DNA from: an uncultured archaeon
GTDB lineage: Archaea > Thermoplasmatota > Penumbrarchaeia > JASLWR01
NCBI GenBank assembly: GCA_964342815.1
Contig: CAYFHS010000002.1
Location: forward strand, 216,790-280,789
Direction of reading: 5' to 3'
DNA length: 64,000 nt
Shown: positions 28,210-38,712 of the stretch, piece after piece
Position numbering within the stretch: the first letter of the stretch is position 1
Layout of the letters: each line of letters begins with the position of its first letter
Made by a program: the position numbers and the translations under genes
The notes under the pieces: model-generated
What the model saw: the letters and a program-made list of their open reading frames with translations, nothing else
The model's database searches: none
What the model was told of the DNA's origin: nothing

Positions 28210-30657
28210 TTAAAACTTCTTCCCGCATTTGGTGCAGAACTTTGCCCCCGGCTTCAGGGTATTTCCACACTTGTTACAAAAAGTTCTTTTCGGTTTTTGC
28301 GGCTTTTGAGACTTTTTCTCGGCATCGCCCACCTTTGTTCCGCATTTATTGCAGAACTTTGCCCCCGGCCTCAGCTTCTTTTTGCATTTGATGCATACCG
28401 GAGCCTTTTCTTTCTTCTTTCCCGCGACTGGGGTTCCGCATTTGGTACAGAATGTAGCCCCTGGCTTCAGGGGTTTCTTGCATTTCGCGCAGAGCTTCTT
28501 CGGAGGCTCGATTGTTTCTTTGGACACTTCCACCTTTTCCTCGATCTTCTCCGGTACCGGCGCAGGCTTCTTTTTCCCCTTAATTGCGGCCATGCTCTTT
28601 GATTTCTTCTCGAAGTATTCCAGAATATTGTCGGAAATGGTTTCCTTAAGAGCCTCTGCTTCCAGTGTCTCGTGCTGGGTCACGAGCCAGCGGACGTTCA
28701 TCTGCTGGGCCGTGTCGTAAACATCGGGGCACACCAGAATGAACTCGCCTGCCTTCAGCGTGGGCAGCCGGTTCAGAATACTGTCCGCTTCACCGGATGA
28801 TATGGATTTCAGCATTCCCGCCACCTTTTTCAGGTCCTGCGGGGTCATCATCCTTCCAAGGCCCCAGGTATTGGCCTGGGCCATGGCCTTGTAGTCCACG
28901 TCCGCCGCGTTCTGTGTGCACATCATGCAGGAAACACCGTATTTCCTTGCCTGCTTGAACAGCAGCTTCAGTATACCCTTTGCGGGAGGATTGAATGGAT
29001 GGGGTGGCAGGTAGGGGGCCACCTCGTCTATATAGAAAAGTGCCTGAACCTCTTTCGACGGGTGAGTGAGCATCCAGCTGTACAGCTCGTTGCCCACCAC
29101 GGCTATGAAGAACTGCTTGTGGGCTTCCGACGAGAGAGTATTGAGATAAATTATGTTCACGGTGGTCTTTCCCTCTTCCACGGGGGTGAACATTTCGTTC
29201 ATGTCCAGAGGGAATCCAAAGCTGAAAAGCAGTTTTTCTATTCCCATGGTAAGATGTCTGAGCTTTCGTGCAAGTTTCTCCCGTTCCTTCGACTTTATTA
29301 TGTCCGAGGAATCGTCGATATCCATGGTCTCCGGTTTATCCACGATATTGGCAAGGGTGCGGAAGTTCTCCACTTCAGTCCCGCTGCTCCATGCCATCTC
29401 AAGAACGTGATACAGGTAGGAAGCTGCGGCTTTCCCGGCATCGGAATCCGTCTTGTATCCCAGCAGTGATACTATGGAGTTGGAGACGGTGTCCAGGGCT
29501 TTTATGGCGTCCTCGGGAGAAAAATCCGCCGGAAGGGTCTTAAGGGGATTGATGCAAAGGGGAATTCCTCTTGATGAAGCCGGGGTGAATATCCTTACTT
29601 CGGCCTTTTCCCTGTATTCTTTAAGTATCTCCAGTGGAATGTTGTGCTTTTCGCATTCTTCCTCGCTGGATATGAGTATCAGAGATGCCAGATCTCCCTG
29701 GGGATCCATTATTATTGAGGGAATGCCGTTTCTCGTAGCCTCCTCCAGTATACATTTGCCGAATACTGTCTTTCCGGAACCTGAGGCGCCAAGGGCAACG
29801 AAATGTCTTTTCAATGTGTCCAGGGGAAGCTGGACGCTTTTATTACCCACTCGTCCCAGGAATATCTTGTCCGGTTCGGGTCCCTCGATCTCACCTTCTT
29901 CATCCTCCTCGCCCTCTTCTTCATCGTCATATTGCACAGAGTCATCTTCCTCGTCACTCTCACCTTCCTCGTCATCATACTCCACTTCTCCGTCTTCCTC
30001 TCCCTCGTCCCCTTCACCCTCCTCGTCATCATACTCCACTTCTCCGCTTTCCTCTTCCTCCTCACCCTCCTCGTCATCATACTCCACTCCCTCATCCTCC
30101 CCGTCCCCTTCACCGCCTTCGTCCTCATCATCCGGTGGAGGGGGCAGGTCTTCCTCTTCTTCCTCTTCTTCTTCGTCCTCATCATCCGTATCCTCCTCTT
30201 CCTCTCCACCATCGATGAGTCCGCCAAATGGATCGTCATCATACTCTTTTTCGTCTTCCTCTTCTTTATCTTCTTCTTCACTGCCTTCCTCTTCCTCCTC
30301 CTTTTCCTCTTCCCCGTCATCATCGTCTTCATCATCAAATCCCGCGAAAGGATCCTCGTCATCCTTCTCCTCCACTTCTTCGTCCTCCCTCTCTTCCTCT
30401 TCCCCATCATCCTCGAATCCTCCGAAAGGATCGTCGTCATATTCCGGTTCGTCATCAGACCCTTCGTCGTCTTCCCCCTCTTCCTCGTCATCAAGTCCAC
30501 CAAATGGATCGTCATCATATTCCGGTTCATCCCCGCCCTCTTCTTCGTCTTCCTCATATTCTATGAAAGGATCATCCTCATCATCATATTCGCTACCGAA
30601 ATTGATAAAGATTTCGTCAAGCTCAAGGTTCACGCGGTAATCGTTTATTTTTATCAT
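28210..30657 (-). CDS. HerA/DUF87-like P-loop ATPase with acidic low-complexity N-terminus and C-terminal zinc ribbons
   Basis: GASGSGKT Walker A, YIDEVA Walker B, KQARKYG..TQN; about 250-aa D/E tract; three CxxC..GAKFCxxCG repeats; ATG 30657 has an AGGAG RBS. Confidence 0.85.
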   Translation of the reverse strand: MIKINDYRVNLELDEIFINFGSEYDDEDDPFIEYEEDEEEGGDEPEYDDDPFGGLDDEEEGEDDEGSDDEPEYDDDPFGGFEDDGEEEEREDEEVEEKDDEDPFAGFDDEDDDDGEEEKEEEEEGSEEEDKEEEDEKEYDDDPFGGLIDGGEEEEDTDDEDEEEEEEEEDLPPPPDDEDEGGEGDGEDEGVEYDDEEGEEEEESGEVEYDDEEGEGDEGEEDGEVEYDDEEGESDEEDDSVQYDDEEEGEEDEEGEIEGPEPDKIFLGRVGNKSVQLPLDTLKRHFVALGASGSGKTVFGKCILEEATRNGIPSIIMDPQGDLASLILISSEEECEKHNIPLEILKEYREKAEVRIFTPASSRGIPLCINPLKTLPADFSPEDAIKALDTVSNSIVSLLGYKTDSDAGKAAASYLYHVLEMAWSSGTEVENFRTLANIVDKPETMDIDDSSDIIKSKEREKLARKLRHLTMGIEKLLFSFGFPLDMNEMFTPVEEGKTTVNIIYLNTLSSEAHKQFFIAVVGNELYSWMLTHPSKEVQALFYIDEVAPYLPPHPFNPPAKGILKLLFKQARKYGVSCMMCTQNAADVDYKAMAQANTWGLGRMMTPQDLKKVAGMLKSISSGEADSILNRLPTLKAGEFILVCPDVYDTAQQMNVRWLVTQHETLEAEALKETISDNILEYFEKKSKSMAAIKGKKKPAPVPEKIEEKVEVSKETIEPPKKLCAKCKKPLKPGATFCTKCGTPVAGKKKEKAPVCIKCKKKLRPGAKFCNKCGTKVGDAEKKSQKPQKPKRTFCNKCGNTLKPGAKFCTKCGKKF

Positions 30658-30809
30658 GGATATACACTCCTTTGCATTTATCACGGGAAATATATTTCAT
30701 TCCACGGAGGTTTCTATAGGCTTTAGATTCCCCTTCTCTTCTCACAAACAGCGGGTTTTTATTTATTTATTTCTTTTCGATATAATATTTTAATATTAAA
30801 GGAAGTTAT

Positions 30810-31454
30810 TTGGATATCTGCATGAAGCATCCTGTAAGAATTAACGATCCATATCTCGAGACCGCGAACGACAATGCACGTGAAATGGAACGGCAAATGA
30901 CGGCAAGGTTGACGGAGTTCATCGAGAACAATGAGGAAATGGGCAGTGACAATATCCAGGTCTTACTTTCCATAAGGGACACCATGATCGAAGCTTCTTC
31001 ATACAGGACCTTTCACACCATCGACGTGCGGCAATTCAACGACATGCTCAACAGTATGTCCGGCTTGCACGGGCAGTATTTTTCGCTTCGTGTTCAGGAA
31101 CTGGGTCGTGAGCTCTCCCGGATCGGGATTCTCGACGAAGGTGCGAATCTGGCGGAATTGGGCTATTCCATGCTGAGTGGCGGCAGCGGGTCTCTCTCTC
31201 CCACAGTCCTAATTTCAATCATGGATAATTTTTTCTGGCTTGGATTATATCATGCCAGGGAGAAATGGTTCCTTAGAGCTCTGGACATATACCGGACCTA
31301 CAAAAAAGAACTCAGGAAGGCCGCCTACCAGGGGGAAATATTGGAAAAGTTCCAGCGCTGGTCTCCCGTCTCGCACATGTCCGGTTGGAATGAGTCCAAG
31401 CACCGTCTTGAGTTCGAGATAATGATGATAAAGTTCTCCCTAGGGGATATTTGA
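30810..31454 (+). CDS. Hypothetical helical protein
   Basis: Clean ORF divergent from the ATPase and coupled to the downstream gene. Confidence 0.65.
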   Translation: MDICMKHPVRINDPYLETANDNAREMERQMTARLTEFIENNEEMGSDNIQVLLSIRDTMIEASSYRTFHTIDVRQFNDMLNSMSGLHGQYFSLRVQELGRELSRIGILDEGANLAELGYSMLSGGSGSLSPTVLISIMDNFFWLGLYHAREKWFLRALDIYRTYKKELRKAAYQGEILEKFQRWSPVSHMSGWNESKHRLEFEIMMIKFSLGDI

Positions 31455-31455
31455 T

Positions 31456-32001
31456 ATGGAAAGAGGTATGAACATGCTTGAAGAACGGTTGAGAGAAACG
31501 GTAAAACACTGCCTGGGTATAATGGAAGCGGCGGCAATAACAGCTCCAAAAGGGTTGGGACAGAATTCACTCAACACAGTCATCTTGGCTGATGAAGAAC
31601 TGGAAACGCTTGGAAGGACCATGGTGGAGCACGGGAACGAGACCGGTCAGGCAAATTATATCCGGGACGGAAAGAACATTCTGGAGTGCCAGGGTATGCT
31701 GCTGCTGAGTGTCAAACCCCATAATCCGCTGGGAGCGGACTGCAAGGCATGCGGCTACGGCTGCAAGGATTTTGGAAAAATGTTATCAGGGGATTTCACC
31801 GGTCCCAACTGCTGTTTCAAGCTTCTGGACCTTGGTATCGCCCTAGGCTCGGCTGCAAGGACCGCTTCGACGCTGAACCTGGACTCCCGCGTAATGTTCA
31901 GACCCGGCGTTATGGCCAAACGTCTCGGTTTCATCGAAGGAACGGTGGCAATAGGGATACCTGTGTCAATATCTTCCAAAAACATATTTTTCGACAGATG
32001 A
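31456..32001 (+). CDS. DUF2148 ferredoxin-domain protein
   Basis: AAITAPKG, CxxCGxxC, C....DLGIALGSA..D.RVM. Confidence 0.8.
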   Translation: MERGMNMLEERLRETVKHCLGIMEAAAITAPKGLGQNSLNTVILADEELETLGRTMVEHGNETGQANYIRDGKNILECQGMLLLSVKPHNPLGADCKACGYGCKDFGKMLSGDFTGPNCCFKLLDLGIALGSAARTASTLNLDSRVMFRPGVMAKRLGFIEGTVAIGIPVSISSKNIFFDR

Positions 32002-32037
32002 TCTTCCTATCCCCTCAGTACCTTTATTATCAACTTT

Positions 32038-32310
32038 GTGATGGATATGGGAAAGAATAGAATGAAGGATTCGGGCGGAGTTGTAACTCTGAAATACGAC
32101 AGCGTTGAGAAGGCCAAAAGCATCTTTGGGGCTGTAGACGTTGATAACAAGGGTTATGTCAGAGCAATACTGGACGGCCAAGAGATTATTTTTCATTGCG
32201 AGGGCTGTGAGCCCGGAATACTCAGAAACACTCTCGATGACCTACTTTCGTGTATAGGCATTGCCGAGCGGATGCTTGAATTCCAAAACGACGAATCCAG
32301 TGGAAAATAA
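32038..32310 (+). CDS. pcc1: KEOPS complex subunit Pcc1
   Basis: About 90 aa; A..IF.AV..DN and LRNTLDDLL..I..AE pattern. Confidence 0.75.
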   Translation: MMDMGKNRMKDSGGVVTLKYDSVEKAKSIFGAVDVDNKGYVRAILDGQEIIFHCEGCEPGILRNTLDDLLSCIGIAERMLEFQNDESSGK

Positions 32311-32338
32311 ATAATACGCTTCCCGTTATCGATATACC

Positions 32339-35300
32339 ATGAGAAGGCTCCTGGCGCTCACACTGTTTTGTTTGTTATTCCTATGTCCTCTTTTTTTATT
32401 CGTCAGCTCCACCGGTGGGCCGTATATCCCTTCAGACGTAGTCGAACTCCCTTCCGAGAACTGGAAAATCCGAGAAAAATTCAGCATCGCCTTAAAATCC
32501 AGGGAAATAACTGAGCAGACGAAACCGATGGACCCCACCCATCTATCAAAGGATAAAACGATACATGTCATTGTCCAATTCGCGAAAATTCCGTCGAAGG
32601 ACGAGAGAGAACGTCTTGAAAGTAGTGGAGTAAAGCTATTATCCAGGGGTTATCTTCACACAAATGCGTGGTTTGCTGCCGTATCGACCTCGGCTGCCCC
32701 CGGCCTCTTGCTGGATCCAATCGTACTCTGGCTGGGAGAGATCGAACCACTTGACCGCCTTTCCCCGGCTCTGTATGATTACTCCTATGATAAAACATCC
32801 GATCCGGAGTGGACTGGCCGCGCGGGGCAGCTTCATCTTTTTGTTAATTTTTTTTCCGACGTTTCACAATATCAGGCATTGGAGGTACTGGCCGGGTACG
32901 GGGATACGGTTCGAAAAGGTCGCTGGAGCGACGTTCTTAATGGTATTACGTGCATAATTGACGGCAGCGATGGGAAAATTCTCGCAGGGCTCATGAACGA
33001 GGATATTGTACAGTGGATCGAGCCGGAACCGCTGCCTGTGGGAAATGAAGAGGACCTGGATTATTCCCGCCCCGAGGTGGAGGTGGACCGCATTGCCATG
33101 CCGCCTTACAACCTGAAAGGAAACGGCATCCCGGTAATGATTTACGATTCATCCAATGTCCGGGAAACGCATGTCGGATTCTCTGACAGGGTAAACCTCG
33201 TAGATCCAAAAGGTCCCTCCTCTTTATCTGGCCGCCCTCCCGAGGTGCACACTCACGCCACTGCGGTTGCCGGGATCATCTGTGGTAACGGCGATCCAGT
33301 TCAAAATCGAAATCTCAGCGGAATGGCCCCCGAAGCGGAACTATATTCGTACTGGAAGGTGAACTTCAACTTCTCCGATGGTGAGGGAGCTTTCGGGGAC
33401 GCCATAAATGAACGTAACGTATACGTATCGCACAACTCGTGGGGCATAGTCACCAGAGCCGGGGGTCCAAGCTGCGTTGATCCTATCTATACTGATCACG
33501 ACGGTTTCGCCGATTACGGCAGCAAGTCACGATGGTTCGACGAGGTGGCGTCGGGTTCAATAAATGAGCCTGCCAACGAGAGAATACCATTGATAGTGTT
33601 CTCTGCCGGGAATGAGAGGGATGACCGTGTGGGTGGGACCGATATGAATCATACCGATTACATCAATTTCGGTACCATAAACGTACCAAAGACCGCAAAG
33701 AACGTTCTGGTGGTTGGAGCTACGTATGATGATGACGGAGATCCCGATACAATTCACACCAACGAGCACCGCGGTTACACCGAGCTGTATACCGGCAGCA
33801 ACTGGGGGCCTTGCGATGACGGCAGGCTGAAACCCGAGGTTATGGCCCCTGGAGGAACATACGGAAATTTCCCTGGCCCCGGGGGCGATGACAATATCAA
33901 TACCACCGATGGAAGGGCCGATGACGGGTACCGTGCTTTCATGGCCACGTCAATGGCGGCACCCCATGTTTCGGGCATCGCCGCTCTCCTTGTGGAGGAA
34001 TACCGTAAGGACCACGCCGGGGACCCTGCCGCTTCAACACTGAAAGCCCTTATCATTCACGGAGCAAGGGACATAGTGAATATCTGCTCATCCGGCTCGC
34101 ACCTCGATGGGTACGTTGGCCCGGATTACATGACAGGGTACGGGCAGGTGAGAGCCAAGGCGTCTGCAGATATAATCAAGAATGATGCGGAGCACTCCAC
34201 ATTGATAATCGAGGACGAGATAGATAACGCCGAGGAAATAGAATATAGCGTTCGGGTCGTACCAGGTGCCGAGCGTCTGAAGCAAACCCTTGTATGGAAC
34301 GATTTGGAGGCCGGCACACCCAATGACGGAGCAAAAGAACTCATAAATGACCTGGATATTCTCATCACCGATCCTTCTGGAAACGAAATTTTCCCGTATG
34401 CTCTCGATCCGGCTTTCCCTCTCTCCCAGGCGTCCAGCAATTCATCGGACCGGTTGAACAACGTGGAGCAGGTGGTGGTCGAGAATCCGAACCCCGGTTG
34501 GTGGAGAGTGAAGATCAAGGGATTCTCCATACCGGCCGGCCCCCAGCCTTTCTCACTGGTGTCGGACCTTCCCTTGAGAGTGGAACAGGCTCCCAGGATT
34601 TCACTGCTTTCACCGGACGGCGGTGAGGAATTGAACGGAACAATTCCCATTACCTGGCGGGCCGAAGACCGGAATCGGGATACTCTTACGATAAATATCT
34701 CGGCTAATAACGGAAGCGGCTGGAAGCCTGTTATAAGTAACGAGGAAAACGACGGCATATATTACTGGGATACGAGACTGGTTGAGGATGGTCCCGGATA
34801 CAATATCCGCATTGAGGCCATGGACGATTCAGCTGACCGCCTCACAGGGGAGGATATTTCAAACTATAGTTTCACCATCTACAATCCCGACTCTCCCCAG
34901 ATCACGGTTCTGGCACCCGAGCCTGGTGAAATCAAGGACTTGGTAAATCTAAACTGGACCGTTTATGACCCGGATGGCGACAGCGTTTCCGTGGGTCTCT
35001 ATAGAAGTTCCGATACCATCAACTGGAGCGAGATCGCGAGATACGACGATAATATCGGTTCACACGGTTGGAACACGCGGTTATTCCCGGACGGCACCTG
35101 CTGGTTGAAAGCGAATGCCACCGATTCGTCACCTTATTCACTCACGGGGGAAAGTAAGATACTTGGTCCCTTCACGGTTTATAATCCCGATCCACCGCTG
35201 GTTCGTCTTCTTTCACCCCGGGGGGAGGAGAAGGTTACCGGTCTTACCCCCATTAACTGGAGCGCAACGGACGGGGACAACGACACGCTTTCGATATTCC

Positions 35301-36688
35301 TGTACCTGAAACACGGTTTCATGGGCGATTGGAGACCATTGGAAACCAACTTGCCGAATAACGGGAGCTATATCTGGAACACCACGTTAATGCCCGACGG
35401 CAAGGGTTACTGGCTGCGGCTTGAGGCCGTGGATGATTCTCCGGAGCAGCTGGTGGGAACCGATGATTCCGATTCACCTATTACCATATACAACCCGGAT
35501 CCACCTGAGCTGACAAACCTTACGTTAGCCGGTACGGAGCCGTTAGCCGGTACCGTTGAGATAGAATGGGACCTTTTGGATCCCGACGGAGACCGTGTAT
35601 CCATTGACGTGGCTTGGGGGAACGGAACCGGAGAATGGGTGAATATAACCAGTGGGGAGCGCGATATCGAGAGCTGGGAGTGGGATACAAGCACTGTCAC
35701 GGACGGGGATAATTATAAAATACGCATAACGGCTACGGACCTGTCGGAATATTCCCTACAGGAAGTTGCGCTCAGCGATCTGTTCAGTATCGACAACCCG
35801 GACCCTCCAATCGTTAAGGTGATTTTTCCGGATGGCGGGGAGATAGTGAATGATACTGTTCAGATAAGCTGGATTGCCACCGATGTCGATGGAGATTTGC
35901 TTACGGCTGATGTGGACTATTCCTCTGACGGCAAAAAATGGATCAATATCGTGGAAGATCTGGATTTCACAGATGGCGGTATTCCCGGTAGTTGGTATTA
36001 CAATTGGGATACGCGAGAGCTTCCAGACGGGGAAAATTACCGAATCAGGGTAAAGGTAAAAGACCATTCCCCCTGGGCCCTTGAAACTGAGGATTTTTCT
36101 GAAGGCAGATTTCGAATATACAACCCGGACGCACCGGAGATATTCATCAAGGCATTTTTGGACGGAGAGGTGCTGGCGGGGGAGATTCCCATCATGTGGA
36201 GAGCCGACGACGCTGACCTGGAACTGCTCCTCATAAACATATACATCAGCCCGGACGGTGGAAATAGCTGGGAGCTGATTGCAGAGGACGAGAGGAACGA
36301 CGGGACCTTCATGTGGGATACAACCGGTGTGAATGATGGTACTTACGTAGTAAAATTGACGGCCTACGACGGACTGCTGGGTGCTGAAGACGTTTCCGGT
36401 GAATTTGTGATAAAGAATTTGGAGGATCCGGGCCTGGGGCTTTCACTTGCGGGGGGGCTGATCATTGGATCGGTGCTGGTTCTCCTACTTGGTTGCGGTC
36501 TATTTCTGATGGTTTTGCGGAAGGGAAAGAAAAAGACGGAAGAAACTCTGATTGCCGAAAGCCCCATTCCCAGTGAGCCGTTTGCTGAGGTCGATGCAGC
36601 TCAGATCGATCCTGCACAGGCGAAATCCGTACGTATGAGAGTAGTAAAGAAGAAAATTAGAAATAATACCGGGAACAGTTTACCGTGA
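32339..36688 (+). CDS. Membrane-anchored S8 (subtilisin-like) protease with Ig-like repeats
   Basis: D (YDSS), H (HATAVAG), N (SAGNE), S (ATSMAAPHVSG); about six 100-aa repeats starting (Y)NPD.P; C-terminal TM. Confidence 0.92.
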   Translation: MRRLLALTLFCLLFLCPLFLFVSSTGGPYIPSDVVELPSENWKIREKFSIALKSREITEQTKPMDPTHLSKDKTIHVIVQFAKIPSKDERERLESSGVKLLSRGYLHTNAWFAAVSTSAAPGLLLDPIVLWLGEIEPLDRLSPALYDYSYDKTSDPEWTGRAGQLHLFVNFFSDVSQYQALEVLAGYGDTVRKGRWSDVLNGITCIIDGSDGKILAGLMNEDIVQWIEPEPLPVGNEEDLDYSRPEVEVDRIAMPPYNLKGNGIPVMIYDSSNVRETHVGFSDRVNLVDPKGPSSLSGRPPEVHTHATAVAGIICGNGDPVQNRNLSGMAPEAELYSYWKVNFNFSDGEGAFGDAINERNVYVSHNSWGIVTRAGGPSCVDPIYTDHDGFADYGSKSRWFDEVASGSINEPANERIPLIVFSAGNERDDRVGGTDMNHTDYINFGTINVPKTAKNVLVVGATYDDDGDPDTIHTNEHRGYTELYTGSNWGPCDDGRLKPEVMAPGGTYGNFPGPGGDDNINTTDGRADDGYRAFMATSMAAPHVSGIAALLVEEYRKDHAGDPAASTLKALIIHGARDIVNICSSGSHLDGYVGPDYMTGYGQVRAKASADIIKNDAEHSTLIIEDEIDNAEEIEYSVRVVPGAERLKQTLVWNDLEAGTPNDGAKELINDLDILITDPSGNEIFPYALDPAFPLSQASSNSSDRLNNVEQVVVENPNPGWWRVKIKGFSIPAGPQPFSLVSDLPLRVEQAPRISLLSPDGGEELNGTIPITWRAEDRNRDTLTINISANNGSGWKPVISNEENDGIYYWDTRLVEDGPGYNIRIEAMDDSADRLTGEDISNYSFTIYNPDSPQITVLAPEPGEIKDLVNLNWTVYDPDGDSVSVGLYRSSDTINWSEIARYDDNIGSHGWNTRLFPDGTCWLKANATDSSPYSLTGESKILGPFTVYNPDPPLVRLLSPRGEEKVTGLTPINWSATDGDNDTLSIFLYLKHGFMGDWRPLETNLPNNGSYIWNTTLMPDGKGYWLRLEAVDDSPEQLVGTDDSDSPITIYNPDPPELTNLTLAGTEPLAGTVEIEWDLLDPDGDRVSIDVAWGNGTGEWVNITSGERDIESWEWDTSTVTDGDNYKIRITATDLSEYSLQEVALSDLFSIDNPDPPIVKVIFPDGGEIVNDTVQISWIATDVDGDLLTADVDYSSDGKKWINIVEDLDFTDGGIPGSWYYNWDTRELPDGENYRIRVKVKDHSPWALETEDFSEGRFRIYNPDAPEIFIKAFLDGEVLAGEIPIMWRADDADLELLLINIYISPDGGNSWELIAEDERNDGTFMWDTTGVNDGTYVVKLTAYDGLLGAEDVSGEFVIKNLEDPGLGLSLAGGLIIGSVLVLLLGCGLFLMVLRKGKKKTEETLIAESPIPSEPFAEVDAAQIDPAQAKSVRMRVVKKKIRNNTGNSLP

Positions 36689-36703
36689 AAGTTTCAAGTT
36701 TAC

Positions 36704-37555
36704 TTGGTGAATCAGATGAAAGATATTTTCACCGTCATTATCGCGCTGTCGGCGGTCGCATTGTTGATCGTAGTCCCAATACTCGTATTACAGGACCAGG
36801 GGCCGTCAGAACCGGATAAGACCGATGATACGGATGAGCTGCCCTATGCGTCTCCCCCGGAAAATTACAACTATACCGTGGTGAACACCTTTTCCCATGA
36901 TGTCGATGCTTTTTGCCAGGGATTCGTTTTCCACAACGGTAGCTTTTTCGAAAGTACCGGCCGCTACGGTTCATCCGATATAAGGAAGGTCGAAATGGAC
37001 ACGGGAAATATTCTCATGCAGTACAACCTGTCCGACGAATATTTCGGAGAGGGCATGACAATATTCGAAGACCGGATCATACAGCTGACATGGAAGTCCC
37101 GGATCGGTTTCGTTTACGACCTGGAAACCTTTGAGCGTGAGGATGAGTTTTATTACGCATCGGAAGGCTGGGGCCTGACCCACGACGGCGAGAGATTGAT
37201 AATGAGCGACGGCAGTTCCACCCTGACATTTCTCGATCCCGATTCCTTCGAGGTTCTTGGGAATATACAGGTGAAGGCTGGCGGAGAAAAGATAACCCAG
37301 TTGAATGAGCTGGAGTACGTGGACGGCAAGATACTGGCAAACATCTGGAAATCGGATCGGATCGCAGTCATATCGCCGGAAAACGGTAACGTTACCGGGT
37401 GGATAGACCTTGCAGACCTCCCGGTTGGAAAGGGCGCCACCCCGGCGGACGTGCTGAACGGGATCGCCTATGACGGGACGAACGACAGGCTGTTCGTCAC
37501 CGGGAAACTGTGGCCCCAGGTCTTCGAGATAGTGCTGGACCCGCGTGAGCTTTAA
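36704..37555 (+). CDS. Glutaminyl-peptide cyclotransferase (bacterial/plant type), N-terminally anchored
   Basis: FCQGF, ESTG.YG.S, FGEG.T, EGWGLT, LNELE, VLNGIAYD, TGKLWP. Confidence 0.92.
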   Translation: MVNQMKDIFTVIIALSAVALLIVVPILVLQDQGPSEPDKTDDTDELPYASPPENYNYTVVNTFSHDVDAFCQGFVFHNGSFFESTGRYGSSDIRKVEMDTGNILMQYNLSDEYFGEGMTIFEDRIIQLTWKSRIGFVYDLETFEREDEFYYASEGWGLTHDGERLIMSDGSSTLTFLDPDSFEVLGNIQVKAGGEKITQLNELEYVDGKILANIWKSDRIAVISPENGNVTGWIDLADLPVGKGATPADVLNGIAYDGTNDRLFVTGKLWPQVFEIVLDPREL

Positions 37556-37627
37556 AAATGGCTCAGTTTCAGTAAACCTAAGTACTTCATAGTAAAACTG
37601 TAAATAAAGTTTTAATAAACGTAATCC

Positions 37628-38425
37628 ATGAACGGCACAATGGATTCCTTCATCCTCCAGACGGTTTTTCCATTCATCCTCGCGGCTGCGGTTGTGGTGA
37701 TCATCACCGTTATTGCCGAGCGCTACGGGACCAAGGTCGGAGGAATACTTGGTACACTTCCATCTACAATGGTGGTGGCCTTTATATTCATTTACCTCAA
37801 CAAGGGCGCCGACTTCGCGTCCGATGCCGCTGTTGTGATACCGGCCGAGATAGGTATCAATATGCTCTTTTTATTGACCTTCGCCCTGCTGGTAAAGAGG
37901 TCCGTGGCCGGGGCCTTCTCAGCCTCGTTCCTGGTTTGGATGGTACTCACCTCCGTTTTGTATTTATCGGATCTACAAACCATGGCCATCGCGGTTGTAA
38001 TATACGCTTTATCGGTGGGATTTTCCCTGTTCGTCATGGAGGGTCTAGTTAAAATCCGCTCATCGGACCGCGTGCGGATACACTACACTCCGGGCAAGCT
38101 GATACTGAGAGGAATTCTCGCAGGCGTTTTCATAGCCACTGCAGTACTGCTCTCCAACGTCAGCTCTACGCTCAGCGGTATTGTGACAGTGTTCCCGGTG
38201 ATCATTGCATCCGCCATGTTCATAACGGTGAGGGAGCATGGACCTAAATTCGCCGCGGGAATGGCAAAATCCATGAGCTTCGGGACGCCCAGTGTAGTAT
38301 GCTATGCCGTATCCATACATTTTCTGTACCCGGTGTGGGGTCTTCTATGGGGTAGTCTCGCGGCATATGGTTTCTCGACAGCTGTGACGGCGGTACTGTT
38401 CTCGCTAAGGAGCAGGTTATCTTGA
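37628..38425 (+). CDS. DUF3147-like multi-pass membrane protein
   Basis: ERYGTKVGGILGTLPST motif; two-fold internal repeat; about 8 TM helices. Confidence 0.65.
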   Translation: MNGTMDSFILQTVFPFILAAAVVVIITVIAERYGTKVGGILGTLPSTMVVAFIFIYLNKGADFASDAAVVIPAEIGINMLFLLTFALLVKRSVAGAFSASFLVWMVLTSVLYLSDLQTMAIAVVIYALSVGFSLFVMEGLVKIRSSDRVRIHYTPGKLILRGILAGVFIATAVLLSNVSSTLSGIVTVFPVIIASAMFITVREHGPKFAAGMAKSMSFGTPSVVCYAVSIHFLYPVWGLLWGSLAAYGFSTAVTAVLFSLRSRLS

Positions 38426-38474
38426 TTTTTTATTTCATAGGGCTTTCATTTTGGCGGCGGGGGTGGAAAAACTA

Positions 38475-38570
38475 TAGAGGGCTTGCGAGCCCCAGCCAAA
38501 CGCAAGCCCGAACCAAAATAATAATTATTATCAAAAAATGAGGGCAGAGCCCTCATGGTCGGTACCGACC
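38475..38570. repeat. Palindrome cluster (left structured end)
   Basis: gggcttgcg/cgcaagccc (38479-38509), atgagggc/gccctcat (38538-38556), perfect palindrome ggtcggtaccgacc (38557-38570). Confidence 0.7.
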
Positions 38571-38712
38571 CGATCGATGGAGTTTGGAAGCTTCTTTATC
38601 TTTATTTCAGTTCAATACTTAAATAGTAAGATGATGTTCATATATTGGATTCAATCAGCTAAAAGAGGGGAGCAATATTCAAAGAAAAAAAGCTGTATTC
38701 ATTGGAATTATA

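Noticed and set aside
29453-30726. Long Ser-rich and hydrophobic ORFs on + and an alternative-frame ORF on -
   Set aside because: They are shadows of the D/E-rich codons of the ATPase gene; low-complexity sequence suppresses stops
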